From positions 35,620 through 99,619 of IMG/VR virus record IMGVR_UViG_3300025099_003636: a DNA stretch of 64,000 bases, one strand, 5' to 3'. Each line of letters begins with the position of its first letter. Position 1 is the first letter of the stretch. Shown here one piece after another: positions 1-10,050 of the stretch. Both the position numbers and the translations under genes were made by a program. Source of the stretch: a virus. The notes under the pieces are model-generated. The model saw nothing but the letters and a program-made list of their open reading frames with translations. It was not told the DNA's origin and did not search any database.

Positions 1-37
1 GAGTTAATAATAGAAAGGGGGTTAGTTAGTTGAAAGA

Positions 38-1351
38 CTATAGGTTATATAAAAAGTCTTTTTCTTCTTGTGACAATGAGTCCATACCACTTTTATTTAT
101 TTTATCTAGAATTGTGTCCATGTCAAATGACGTTTCATCTGTAGGTGGTAAATCTGGAGATGGTTCTACAATTTCACCTGTCGCATCTTCATAATCCTCA
201 TCTTTTAATTGTTTTTTTATATCCCCAACTATTTTTGCTACCATATCTTTACCTCTTTGTGAGCCAGATAAAATTTCTTTTGCCAAACCAATAAATGGTT
301 CTGGTTCCAAAGAAACTATATTATAATATAGGTAGTTTTTTATCCTACCATAATCTTCACTAGTTAATAACTCTTCTGGATAAGACTCTAAAAATTTTTC
401 CCAAATAACCGGACCTAATCTTAAATCCCATACTTCTGCTGGTAAAGTATCTTCAGAACCAATAACCTCTTCTGCAAACTCTGGGTCAGAAGGAAGTCCA
501 TGCATTGATACGTATTCCATAACACCTTTCCATAGTTCATGCACTAGGATTGGAAACATAATTCCTTTGGCTCTAATTGTTGGTGGGTCGGTTTGTAAGT
601 CAACCTCCTCTCTTCCTCCAGCCATTGAATCTGCCCCACTTCCAACAAGACCTTCCATATCCGGCATAATCCAATACATTAAATCGTTTACGGACATAAT
701 TAAAGAATATAGATTAACTAAATCCGGGTCAATTTCATTTAAAGTTTCATTAACTAAATGATACATATAGTGAGCTTTTTTAGCGGACCCCTGTATTAAA
801 GAATTAATTAACCTTCTTTTTTGTTTTTCTAAATCTAACTTTGCTAACCTCTCAGCTGCTTCCTTATCCTCGACATCTGGTTGGTCGAATTTTAATTCTT
901 TCTTTTTCTTTTCTTGTGGTTTTTTTTGCATCCCTTCTAGAGTTGGTTTTTCTAGTTTTGCATCAAATTGTAAATCACCCTCTGGTATTGCCATTTGGTC
1001 AACTACTAATGAAACCGCTAAATCCTCTAGTTTTTGTTTATTTTGTGCCTCTATTGCCATTGTTCTTTGTACTGCACTCATTAACATGGGTTGTAAAGAC
1101 ATGGCTGTTTGTGGATTTATCTCTTCCAAACCAGTAGCTTCTTTAACTTTATCTATAACATCTTTAAATCTTTTAGATGCTATTATTTCTTCAAAATTGT
1201 TTTGGTCATTTTCTTTTCCTGGGAAAGACTGGTGTGCACCTAATGGGTGTTTTCTAGACCTTAATTTACTTTCAATGTCAGGTGACATTCTTTCCGGTCT
1301 ACCACTATAATCAATCGGTGGTGCTTCATTTAATTTAGTTTTTTTAGACAT
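38..1351 (-). CDS. Hypothetical phage protein with LNE|A leader and C-terminal DUF6576-like motif
   Basis: 437-aa ORF; starts MSKKTKLNEA; ends MDTILDKINKSGMDSLSQEEKDFL (ILDKI..SG..SL..EK.FL pattern). Confidence 0.6.
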   Translation of the reverse strand: MSKKTKLNEAPPIDYSGRPERMSPDIESKLRSRKHPLGAHQSFPGKENDQNNFEEIIASKRFKDVIDKVKEATGLEEINPQTAMSLQPMLMSAVQRTMAIEAQNKQKLEDLAVSLVVDQMAIPEGDLQFDAKLEKPTLEGMQKKPQEKKKKELKFDQPDVEDKEAAERLAKLDLEKQKRRLINSLIQGSAKKAHYMYHLVNETLNEIDPDLVNLYSLIMSVNDLMYWIMPDMEGLVGSGADSMAGGREEVDLQTDPPTIRAKGIMFPILVHELWKGVMEYVSMHGLPSDPEFAEEVIGSEDTLPAEVWDLRLGPVIWEKFLESYPEELLTSEDYGRIKNYLYYNIVSLEPEPFIGLAKEILSGSQRGKDMVAKIVGDIKKQLKDEDYEDATGEIVEPSPDLPPTDETSFDMDTILDKINKSGMDSLSQEEKDFLYNL

Positions 1352-1354
1352 ACC

Positions 1355-2416
1355 TTATTCTTCTGTTATGTTATCAAAAGTTAACCAATCAGGTAATTTG
1401 TTTTTTCTTGCCTTAGGTTTTGGTTTAGTGCTTGGATTAGGTACTTTGAAGGGTCCTCTTCTCTTTTTTTCACCTGGTTTTGTTGTTGGAGGTGCAATTG
1501 TTGGTGCTTCTAATGGTGAATTTTCATCCAAGTTTTCCTCACCAACGATATTCCCATCTAACTGCACTTCACCAGATTCTTTTATAATAAGTTCTATTAC
1601 TTTATTTGGTGATTTTAAATACCCTTTGATGTCTCCTTTGATGTTTTCTACAACAATCTTCATCGGTGGGTTCATTTCCTTGGTTAATTCGTTAACCATA
1701 TTAAAAGCCTTTTTCTGTTTGTCTAACTTATTTTTAGATGTTTTATTTTGTGTTTCTTTTACTGTTTTAATAAAATTAGCTTTTGTTATCTCCGCTGGTT
1801 GATTATTCTCAACTAGGGATATAATCCAATTTTCTAGAATTTCACCTTCAGTTAGTTTATTAGGTAAATCATCAACATTTTTTGTTGTTGTGTAATCCTC
1901 TATTTGTTTAAGTGTCATTTCTTTTGCGGCTTTTAGAACAGCGTTATCGTCTCTACCGTCACCACAATCTTTATAGTTACTTTTTTTACAAGCGTGAACT
2001 AATTTATAAAAATTGTATTGGGATTGGGATACCGCTTCTTCACTCATCTCCGTATCATCACCAGAATTTATTAAAGTTTTTTCTTCACCATCAGAATATT
2101 TAAATTTTGTTATAGGTTCGCCATCTTTTGTAACTTCTACCTCATCAGGTTTTTCTTCTTCATTAGTAGTTACGGTCACTGAACCATCGTCATTAGGTGT
2201 AACAGTACCATCAACAGTTAAACCACCAGATTCCTGTTTCATTTTATCTACTTCTGATTTGGTGTAGGTGGTCTTTTTTACTGTGGCTGTTTCAGCTTCC
2301 TTTAATATTTTTTTACTTAATACTTGTAATTGTTTGTCTGAAAATAAAGATAGGGTTCTATGTGTGAACCCTTCGTTGATTAATTTTGTAATTAATTTTT
2401 TTCTATTTTTTGGCAT
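1355..2416 (-). CDS. Putative head-associated protein with many (I/L)-x-E sites
   Basis: Likely ATG at 2416 (MPKNRKKLITKLINEG); sites LINE, ILKE, LTE, ILE, LVE, LDE; Pro/Lys-rich C-terminus. Confidence 0.55.
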   Translation of the reverse strand: MPKNRKKLITKLINEGFTHRTLSLFSDKQLQVLSKKILKEAETATVKKTTYTKSEVDKMKQESGGLTVDGTVTPNDDGSVTVTTNEEEKPDEVEVTKDGEPITKFKYSDGEEKTLINSGDDTEMSEEAVSQSQYNFYKLVHACKKSNYKDCGDGRDDNAVLKAAKEMTLKQIEDYTTTKNVDDLPNKLTEGEILENWIISLVENNQPAEITKANFIKTVKETQNKTSKNKLDKQKKAFNMVNELTKEMNPPMKIVVENIKGDIKGYLKSPNKVIELIIKESGEVQLDGNIVGEENLDENSPLEAPTIAPPTTKPGEKKRRGPFKVPNPSTKPKPKARKNKLPDWLTFDNITEE

Positions 2417-2810
2417 GTTCAAAAAGTTTATCAAATTTTAATATTATATCTCTTGAATATAATTTATCTTTTACATTTTCTAGACTATCTCCATAATGAA
2501 AGACGAGTCTTTCTTCGTCGTCATCATACTCATCATCATAACTTTCCCAGCCTAAAGCTATTACGTTGTCTAAAGCATGCTCCATTCCAAAGTAGTCAGA
2601 GTTCTGAACCAAGTCTAATTTTACACTAGTTCCTTCTAAAATCCCAACTTTTTTTATATACTCCATTTCTGGGGGTCCTGGTTTTCCATGAGCTGGCGTA
2701 GAATCCCAATCCTCACCCCATAATTCGTCTGAGTCTTGACCAAATATAAATTCGTAAATATTTTCTTGTTTATAGTTAGGTCCTAATTCGTTAACGAATA
2801 TAAGTTTCAT
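2403..2810 (-). CDS. Acidic hypothetical protein
   Basis: 135-aa ORF overlapping both neighbours in one operon. Confidence 0.6.
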   Translation of the reverse strand: MKLIFVNELGPNYKQENIYEFIFGQDSDELWGEDWDSTPAHGKPGPPEMEYIKKVGILEGTSVKLDLVQNSDYFGMEHALDNVIALGWESYDDEYDDDEERLVFHYGDSLENVKDKLYSRDIILKFDKLFEHAKK

Positions 2811-3931
2811 TATTTTATACTACCGTCTTTATTAATAAAAATATTTCTATCGTCTGATAATATAACTATTTCACCTTTTTTTGTTAAACCTTTAAGTTTA
2901 GAATATTTATTTTCATTCAAATATTTTTTAACACTTAATTCCTGTTCAATACTTCTAGATAATTTTTTTATACTTCCATTGATTTTATTTTTACTAATCT
3001 TTTCTTGTATATATTCTTTTGGTGTTTGTTTTTTAACATAGGATTCTAATATTTGTGATACTCTACCTTTAAGTGATTCCATAGCTAATTCTTCCTCTCC
3101 CTCCATTTCATCTTCATCAAAATCTAAATCTTCTGTACCCATATCAAGTTCCTCATCATCCATAGCTAATTCTTCATCACCAATTTCTTCATCACCATAT
3201 ACAGCTTCATCTTCCTCAAATCTAGATAGTACATCATCTCTATCTTCACCATCTAAATTATCTAAATCAACTGCTGAAATGACTGAATTCAAAACATATT
3301 TTATATCTGCACTACCCAATTCTTCTCCAGCATCTCTTAATTTCTGACCTAATTTACCAGTTAACTTTTGGATTGGCTTCATGAATCCTTCCATTTCCTC
3401 TTCAGTTTCTTCATCACCCATTTCAACTTCTTCGTCATCAAGGGCTAATTCCTCATCATCCATAGCTAATTCTTCATCTTCACCGAAATCTAAATCTTCT
3501 TCATCACCCAGTTCATCAGCTGTAACATCAACTTCAGCTTCAGGTGTTTTTAAAACAAATTTATTTTCTGTATCAGCTTGTTCATATAGTGGTGTAGCTT
3601 CACCATTATTAAATTCTTCATTTAATGGTTTAAAAATTAGATTCATTCTTTTTAAAGCTGCTCCATAACTTTTAAACCTATTTCTTTTTTTGTTGTGAAT
3701 ACCATCAATATAATCTAACTCTGATTCATTGATTCCTCTTTTTAAGTAATAACCGTCTTTTTCTTGTATTATAGCGTACGTATTACCATCACTAGCTTTT
3801 TTACTAAATGATAATGTCTGGGTATGGTAAGCAGTGTTTTTTTCTGTTTCACCGTAAGTCGCGATTTCCATGATTCTATTAATCTTGTCTTGACCTGTTA
3901 ATTTTTCACTTCCGATTGGTTTTAATGCCAT
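2810..3931 (-). CDS. Highly acidic putative prohead core/scaffold-like protein
   Basis: 373 aa; two D/E-rich tracts (DEELAMDDEE repeats), helical segments, LNE/LYE/ILE sites. Confidence 0.5.
   Translation of the reverse strand: MALKPIGSEKLTGQDKINRIMEIATYGETEKNTAYHTQTLSFSKKASDGNTYAIIQEKDGYYLKRGINESELDYIDGIHNKKRNRFKSYGAALKRMNLIFKPLNEEFNNGEATPLYEQADTENKFVLKTPEAEVDVTADELGDEEDLDFGEDEELAMDDEELALDDEEVEMGDEETEEEMEGFMKPIQKLTGKLGQKLRDAGEELGSADIKYVLNSVISAVDLDNLDGEDRDDVLSRFEEDEAVYGDEEIGDEELAMDDEELDMGTEDLDFDEDEMEGEEELAMESLKGRVSQILESYVKKQTPKEYIQEKISKNKINGSIKKLSRSIEQELSVKKYLNENKYSKLKGLTKKGEIVILSDDRNIFINKDGSIK
3149..3478. repeat. 30-nt exact direct repeat (3149-3178 and 3449-3478) encoding DEELAMDDEE
   Basis: ttcctcatcatccatagctaattcttcatc read at both positions. 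Confidence 0.85.
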
Positions 3932-3959
3932 TTTAATTATTTTTTATAATTTATTATTT

Positions 3960-4319
3960 TTAACTATTTAATCCTTCACCTCCTATTATTGTCGGAGCGT
4001 ACATTGGAGCTCCTTGGTATGTCTGTACTGATGGTGCGGTTGTACCTGTCATATGTGTGGAACAAGAACAATCGTAACATAAAAAATATACCCCAACAGG
4101 TAAAGCTGATATGTGTCTAGGTTCTATAACTAAATCAAGTTTTGCTCCTATAGCACCTAAAGTATATACCACACCTTTGTACGTAAAATTACTAGTAGCC
4201 GCACTTGCGAATATAGCACTGCATTTATAGTTTACGTATGTGGTGTCTTTACCATTCCATAATGTATCTGCCCCTATAGGTGTCGTTGGTATCGAGTTTC
4301 CTCCGTAGTTTCCAGCCAT
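3960..4319 (-). CDS. Hypothetical protein, first gene of a putative late operon
   Basis: 119-aa ORF; sense TATTTATA upstream at 4338-4345. Confidence 0.6.
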   Translation of the reverse strand: MAGNYGGNSIPTTPIGADTLWNGKDTTYVNYKCSAIFASAATSNFTYKGVVYTLGAIGAKLDLVIEPRHISALPVGVYFLCYDCSCSTHMTGTTAPSVQTYQGAPMYAPTIIGGEGLNS

Positions 4320-4348
4320 AACTAAATATTCTTTTTTTATAAATAGTC

Positions 4349-5095
4349 CTAAGTATCAGAAACGGAAGTTTCTAATGTAAGACTTTTATCTATTAATTTA
4401 TTTTTTATATCGTTTAATTTCCCTAAGTAACCATTTCTTCTTAAAAATTTAAAACTTAGGTTCTCATATGAGTATTCTCCTTTATCTTTCAGTCCAGCTC
4501 CTCTATACTTTTTTAGTTTCTTTTTTATCTCATCAATCGCTGTTAATAATGATTCTTCTTCTGCTCTTTCTACGTTATCTTCTATGTGGTCTATAGTATC
4601 CATCCATTGTTTAGATTTACTTAAAATTTTATGAGAATCTAAAACAACTTCTTCTAACTCAGGTTCTACAATCCACTCATCAAACATAACTGAATAAACT
4701 CCACTAGCAAAATGTGGTTCATCTTTATCTTGCACATAAATTTCTACCTCAAACCCTTTAACTTCTATATCCCTTAAAGAATTCCAAATAATTCTACGAC
4801 TATCCAAATACTTTTTTAAGAGTGATTCTTTGTCACCACCAAAATCTAATAGTAAGTGTAAATCAACATCAGAAAACTCTGACCAGTTAAAATTGGATAA
4901 GGAACCGGTTAAAGTTATATCTTCTATGTCCATGTCAACATCAACAAAATTACTAAAGTCTTCTACTATAGCTAATAAAGAATCTCTAATTTCAGGTTTC
5001 ATTTTGTAGGTATTTCCATCCCAAAACCAAATCTGCGAATTTAATTCGTCATTGACTTGAAAACTTTTAAGAATATTTTTTTGGTTGTTTGCCAT
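4349..5095 (-). CDS. Pol-beta-superfamily nucleotidyltransferase
   Basis: ITLTGSLSNFNWSEFSDVDLH = GS-x-DxD motif; third acidic strand EVEIYVQ. Confidence 0.75.
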   Translation of the reverse strand: MANNQKNILKSFQVNDELNSQIWFWDGNTYKMKPEIRDSLLAIVEDFSNFVDVDMDIEDITLTGSLSNFNWSEFSDVDLHLLLDFGGDKESLLKKYLDSRRIIWNSLRDIEVKGFEVEIYVQDKDEPHFASGVYSVMFDEWIVEPELEEVVLDSHKILSKSKQWMDTIDHIEDNVERAEEESLLTAIDEIKKKLKKYRGAGLKDKGEYSYENLSFKFLRRNGYLGKLNDIKNKLIDKSLTLETSVSDT

Positions 5096-5120
5096 ACTAA
5101 TAAATATATGGACTTTATTA

Positions 5121-5366
5121 CTATGACAATTTTTTATATTTATAACTTCTAGATATATTTTTAGAAAAATAACTGCCTTGACTTTCAGACATTCTCATTT
5201 TTGTAAAAATCTTAATCGGTACTTTTTCATATGAATATGCCCCACCTTTTGCAAACTCAACAATCAGTTCATTAGTTTCTGTATTGTATTTTGTTTTTCC
5301 TAGATTAGTGGAGTCATACTCATTTATGATAAACTTACCTTCTATTTTTTCAGATTTTATTGCCAT
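5121..5366 (-). CDS. KTSC domain protein
   Basis: STNL...YN....LIVEF..GGAYSYEKVP...F.....SESQGSYF..NI pattern. Confidence 0.8.
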   Translation of the reverse strand: MAIKSEKIEGKFIINEYDSTNLGKTKYNTETNELIVEFAKGGAYSYEKVPIKIFTKMRMSESQGSYFSKNISRSYKYKKLS

Positions 5367-5809
5367 TATTGTTGTGGTACTGGTGCTGGTGTAGGTCTTG
5401 GGTGAGGAGGAGGTGTAACATTAGGTGTCGCTACACTATCTACTTTTTGTTGTAATGTCTGTAATGTTTGATTTGTTTGATTAAGTAGTAATGTTATATT
5501 TTTAACAGCATTATTTACTTGTTCTATTTTTTCATCAATAGACAATCTTTTCATTGGGTTTTCCTTAAAGTGATTAATTCTAGCGATTAACTCTTCTGAA
5601 GTTCTAAAATCTCTGTTAGGTAACCAAGTCTCTTCTTGACACACGATTGTTGGTGTCATTCCAATCCCTGTAACTCTAATTATTTCATTCCAGTCCCCGA
5701 TATTTTCTGAAGTAATTATTTCTTCAAAACTAATCTCTGCTTTTTTTAAGTCATCTTTAATTTTATTACAATAATGACATGTTGGGTTTGTATATATTTT
5801 AATTTTCAT
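5366..5809 (-). CDS. Glutaredoxin-like protein with coiled-coil and Pro-rich tail
   Basis: IKIYTNPTCHYC (CxxC), cis-Pro TPTI, heptad region, PPPHPRPTPAP tail. Confidence 0.75.
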   Translation of the reverse strand: MKIKIYTNPTCHYCNKIKDDLKKAEISFEEIITSENIGDWNEIIRVTGIGMTPTIVCQEETWLPNRDFRTSEELIARINHFKENPMKRLSIDEKIEQVNNAVKNITLLLNQTNQTLQTLQQKVDSVATPNVTPPPHPRPTPAPVPQQ

Positions 5810-5841
5810 ATTATATTTTTTTTTAATACTAATAATTTATA

Positions 5842-5877
5842 TTGTGATTGGGAAGTATATTTTCCTCCCAATCACAA
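5842..5877 (-). terminator. Hairpin downstream of dnaK
   Basis: TTGTGATTGGGA...TCCCAATCACAA 12-bp stem. Confidence 0.55.
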
Positions 5878-5883
5878 ATTATT

Positions 5884-7749
5884 TTACTTAACTTCTTCGA
5901 ATTCAACGTCTGTGGCATCAGCTTTTGTTGTGTTATCAGTTTCTGGTACTTCAGTTTCTTGGTAAAGTTTAGTGCTTATCTCTTGCCAAGTACTATTAAG
6001 TTTTTCTGTTAAATCCTCAACTCCTTCCATATCTTCAGACTCAATAACTTCTTTAAGTTCTTTAATATTATTTTCTAGTCTAGATTTGTCCGTATCATCT
6101 AATTTATCTCCAAACTCTTCTATTTGTTTTTCTGTTTGGAATATTAGTGCGTCGGCTTCATTTAACTTATTAATTTTTTCTAACTTTTCGTTATCATCTT
6201 TGGCGTTAAGTTCAGCTTCTTTTTTCATTCTATCAATTTCATCTTCGGATAAACTACTTCCAGACTCAATTTTAATATTTTGTTGTTTACCAGTTCCTTT
6301 GTCCACAGCTTTAACATCGATTATACCATTAGCATCAATGTCAAATGTAACCTCAATTTGTGGTATACCTCTTTGAGCTGGTGGGATATCTGTTAGTTGA
6401 AATCTACCTAGTGTTCTATTGTCGTTGGACATAGGTCTTTCGCCTTGTAGTACATGTATGTCAACAGCTGGTTGATTATTTACCGCGGTTGAGAATACTT
6501 GACTTTTTGATGTTGGGATTGTTGTGTTGGCGTCTATTAATTTTGTCATAACTTGGCCCATGGTTTCAATACCTAAAGAAAGTGGTGTTACATCTAACAA
6601 TAAAACGTCATTTACATCACCAGCTAAAACACCACCTTGTATTGCTGCACCCATCGCTACAACTTCATCTGGATTCACCCCTTTAGATGGTTTTTTATTA
6701 AATAATTTTTCTACAGCCTCTTGTACCGCTGGGATTCTAGTAGAACCACCTACTAATAAAATTTCATCAATATCAGATGCTTTTAATTTTGCGTCTTTTA
6801 AAGCTTTTCTACATGGTGTTAAACTTTTTTTAACTAAATCACTAACCATAGATTCAAATTTTGCTCTAGATAAATTACGTACTAGATGTTTTGGTCCTGT
6901 ATTGTCTGCGGTAATATAAGGTAGATTAATTTCTGTTGTATTTGAGTTTGATAGTTCTACTTTTGCTTTTTCTGCGGCCTCTCTTAGTCTTTGTAATGCT
7001 GCAGCATCTTTAGATAAATCCATATTATTTTCAGTTTTAAATTCGTCTACCAACCAATCTATAATTTTTTCATCAAAATTGTCACCACCTAAATGTGTGT
7101 CACCATTCGTAGATTTTACTTCAAATACCCCGTCACCAAGTTCTAATATAGAAACATCAAATGTACCACCACCAAGGTCGTATACCGCAACAGTCATATC
7201 CTTATTTTGTTTATCCATACCGTAAGCAAGTGCTGCAGCTGTAGGTTCATTAATAATCCTTAACACATTTAATCCAGATATTTCTCCAGCTTCTTTTGTT
7301 GCATTTCTTTGTTCATCATTAAAATAAGCTGGTACAGTAATTACCGCATCTGTAACTTTTTCCCCAAGATAGTCTTCCGCTGTTTTTTTCAAATTCTGTA
7401 ATACTACAGCTGAAATTTCTTGTGGTACATATTTTTTATCATTTACAGTTATGTTTACTGTGTCTTTTACACCTTTAACTACTGAATAAGGCATCTTTTT
7501 TGCCTCTTTACTAATTTCACTAAACTTACTACCAATAAATCTTTTTACTGAATAGATAGTATTTTCAGGATTTGTAACTGCTTGTCTTTTTGCGGGGTCA
7601 CCTACACTTCTGTCCCCCTCTTTAAACGATACAATAGAAGGTGTGGTTCTTTTTCCTTCTGCATTTACAATTATTTCTGGGTTTCCACCCTCAACCACGG
7701 AAACACACGAATTTGTTGTTCCTAAATCGATTCCAATTACTTTTGCCAT
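5884..7749 (-). CDS. dnaK: Molecular chaperone DnaK (Hsp70)
   Basis: [46 protein letters not shown]; ends DVEFEEVK. Confidence 0.98.
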   Translation of the reverse strand: MAKVIGIDLGTTNSCVSVVEGGNPEIIVNAEGKRTTPSIVSFKEGDRSVGDPAKRQAVTNPENTIYSVKRFIGSKFSEISKEAKKMPYSVVKGVKDTVNITVNDKKYVPQEISAVVLQNLKKTAEDYLGEKVTDAVITVPAYFNDEQRNATKEAGEISGLNVLRIINEPTAAALAYGMDKQNKDMTVAVYDLGGGTFDVSILELGDGVFEVKSTNGDTHLGGDNFDEKIIDWLVDEFKTENNMDLSKDAAALQRLREAAEKAKVELSNSNTTEINLPYITADNTGPKHLVRNLSRAKFESMVSDLVKKSLTPCRKALKDAKLKASDIDEILLVGGSTRIPAVQEAVEKLFNKKPSKGVNPDEVVAMGAAIQGGVLAGDVNDVLLLDVTPLSLGIETMGQVMTKLIDANTTIPTSKSQVFSTAVNNQPAVDIHVLQGERPMSNDNRTLGRFQLTDIPPAQRGIPQIEVTFDIDANGIIDVKAVDKGTGKQQNIKIESGSSLSEDEIDRMKKEAELNAKDDNEKLEKINKLNEADALIFQTEKQIEEFGDKLDDTDKSRLENNIKELKEVIESEDMEGVEDLTEKLNSTWQEISTKLYQETEVPETDNTTKADATDVEFEEVK

Positions 7750-7910
7750 TTTTAATTTTGTTTTTAATTTATTGTCTTTTTAATTATAAGACATTTATTA
7801 TTATTTGTCACCCCCAAAAAAGATTTTTTTATATTGTTTTGGTTGTTTATTTATTTTTATTACTTTTGTAGTACAAATACTATACCATTAGTATGTTTTT
7901 AAATAATTTA

Positions 7911-7946
7911 TGTCATAATGTCAATACCTACTGACATACTGTCAGT
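7911..7946. promoter_or_regulatory. Putative operator pair in divergent dnaK/clpC intergenic region
   Basis: Palindrome ACTGACA-TAC-TGTCAGT (7930-7946) and degenerate copy TGTCA-TAA-TGTCA (7911-7923) 21 bp away. Confidence 0.55.
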
Positions 7947-7990
7947 TATTGATATTTATGACTTTTTATATTAACTTTAAATAAAAAAAT

Positions 7991-10033
7991 ATGATAGAAT
8001 TTAGAGATTCAGATGCAGTTGAAGATGATTTCGGTGGTCCTAACCAACCGAATAAAGATATTCCTAATAGTAGTACCCCTATATTAGATAACTTTTCTAG
8101 AGATTTAACCACTTTAGCTTCTGAAGGGAAGTTGGACCCGGTTATCGGTAGAACAGATGAAGTAAAACGTTTAGTACAAATATTATCTAGGAGAAAGAAA
8201 AATAACCCCGTGCTTATTGGGGAACCTGGAGTAGGTAAAACTTCGGTAGTTGAGATGTTAGCTACCATGATTAATTCTGGTAATTGTCCCCGTACTTTGG
8301 TGGGTAAAAGAATTGTGTTACTAGAATTGTCGTCTTTGGTGGCTGGAACTAAGTATCGTGGTCAGTTTGAGGAAAGGATGAAAGCCATAATAGATGAATT
8401 ACGAGAAAATAAAGATGTTATTATTTTTATAGATGAAATACATACTGTTATAGGTACTGGTAATTCTTCTGGTAATTTGGACGCTGCGAACATTTTTAAA
8501 CCACCATTGGCTAGAGGAGAAGTTCAGTGTATTGGTGCTACAACACTAGATGAGTATAGAGAAAAAATAGAAAAAGACGGTGCACTAGAAAGAAGATTCC
8601 AAAAAGTTATAATAGAACCACCATCTGTTGCTGATACTGTAGAAATTTTAAATAACATAAAACATGTCTATGAAAATCACCACAATGTACTTTATGATGA
8701 TGAAATTGTTGATTTATGTGTTAAGTTAGCTGACAGGTATATAAGTGATAGGGCATTTCCAGATAAAGCTATAGACATTATGGATGAAGTGGGTGCTACT
8801 GTACAGATTGATGTTAAAACACCTAAGTCAATCACTAAACTTAAATTAGATATAGAAGAAGTTAAGTTGGAAAAGATTAATGTGGTAAAATCTCAAATGT
8901 ACGAAAAAGCTGCTGACCTTAGGGACGTGGAACGTAAATTAAAAACTAAATTAGATACGGTAACAAATAAGTGGGAAGAAAAACAATCTAGTAATAAAAT
9001 AACTATAACTAGTTCTGATGTTATGTCGGTAGTTTCTAGAATAACCAGAATACCTTTAAGTAGGATGAATCAAAACCAAAAAAAGAATTTATTAAATCTA
9101 GATAAACAACTCAAAAAATATGTTATTGGTCAGGATAAAGCAATAGAAACAATAGTTAAATCTATTAGAAGAAATTCTGTTGGTATTAAGGAGTTGAATA
9201 AGCCTGTTGGTTCTTTTATTTGTTTAGGTCCTACTGGTGTTGGTAAAACTCATATAGCCAAAAAATTAGCTGAACTAATGTTTGGGTCTGAAGAATCTTT
9301 AATTCGTGTGGATATGTCTGAATTCCAAGAAAAACATTCTTTATCTAGACTGATAGGTTCTCCTCCAGGTTATGTGGGGTACAATGAAGGTGGCCAATTT
9401 ACAGAAAAAGTAAGACAGAAACCTTATTCTTTAATTCTATTTGATGAAATAGAAAAAGGTCATAAAGACATTTTCAATGTATTATTGCAGATATTAGATG
9501 ATGGTTACGTTACAGACGCTTCTGGTAGAAAGATTAATTTTAGAAATACTTTAATAATGATGACTTCCAATATTGGAGTTAAGCAATCTCAGGACTTTGG
9601 TGGTGGTTTAGGTTTTGTTACCAAAGCAACCCAACAAACTGATAAAGAACGAGTTAGGAGTATTATATCTAAAACATTAAAAGACACTTTTAATCCAGAA
9701 TTTTTAAATAGATTAGATGATATTATATTTTTTGAGTCTTTAGAGGGTGAGAGCATTAAAAAGATTGTACGACTGGAGCTGGCTCTTTTATTAGAAAGAT
9801 TAAAAGAAAAAAAATACTTAGTTAAGTTTGGTCGTAGTGTTGTAGAACATATTAGTGAAATTGGTTATGATAGTAAGTTTGGTGCTAGACCATTAAAAAG
9901 AGCTATACAATCAGAGGTGGAAGATTATATATCAGAAGAAATTCTAAAAGGTTCAATACTAGAAGATATACCATATAGTATTGCTTATAATAAAGTTACT
10001 GAGAAGTTTAAATTAACAGAAAAAGATAAATAG
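7991..10033 (+). CDS. clpC: ClpC-type AAA+ ATPase lacking the N-terminal domain
   Basis: Two Walker A (GEPGVGKT, GPTGVGKT), KYRGQFEER and GYVG pore loops, short UVR-type middle coil, GLGF ClpP-docking loop; LDPVIGR starts ~48 aa from Met. Confidence 0.85.
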   Translation: MIEFRDSDAVEDDFGGPNQPNKDIPNSSTPILDNFSRDLTTLASEGKLDPVIGRTDEVKRLVQILSRRKKNNPVLIGEPGVGKTSVVEMLATMINSGNCPRTLVGKRIVLLELSSLVAGTKYRGQFEERMKAIIDELRENKDVIIFIDEIHTVIGTGNSSGNLDAANIFKPPLARGEVQCIGATTLDEYREKIEKDGALERRFQKVIIEPPSVADTVEILNNIKHVYENHHNVLYDDEIVDLCVKLADRYISDRAFPDKAIDIMDEVGATVQIDVKTPKSITKLKLDIEEVKLEKINVVKSQMYEKAADLRDVERKLKTKLDTVTNKWEEKQSSNKITITSSDVMSVVSRITRIPLSRMNQNQKKNLLNLDKQLKKYVIGQDKAIETIVKSIRRNSVGIKELNKPVGSFICLGPTGVGKTHIAKKLAELMFGSEESLIRVDMSEFQEKHSLSRLIGSPPGYVGYNEGGQFTEKVRQKPYSLILFDEIEKGHKDIFNVLLQILDDGYVTDASGRKINFRNTLIMMTSNIGVKQSQDFGGGLGFVTKATQQTDKERVRSIISKTLKDTFNPEFLNRLDDIIFFESLEGESIKKIVRLELALLLERLKEKKYLVKFGRSVVEHISEIGYDSKFGARPLKRAIQSEVEDYISEEILKGSILEDIPYSIAYNKVTEKFKLTEKDK

Positions 10034-10050
10034 TATGATATTTATTAACA

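Noticed and set aside
7911-7946. CtsR or CIRCE operator
   Set aside because: Geometry fits neither the CtsR direct heptad repeat nor TTAGCACTC-N9-GAGTGCTAA
5884-10033. Bacterial chromosome origin suggested by dnaK, clpC and tmRNA
   Set aside because: No bacterial operon context; phage-type ligase, truncated ClpC and a majority of hypothetical genes favour a large phage, though hallmark virion genes are outside the window
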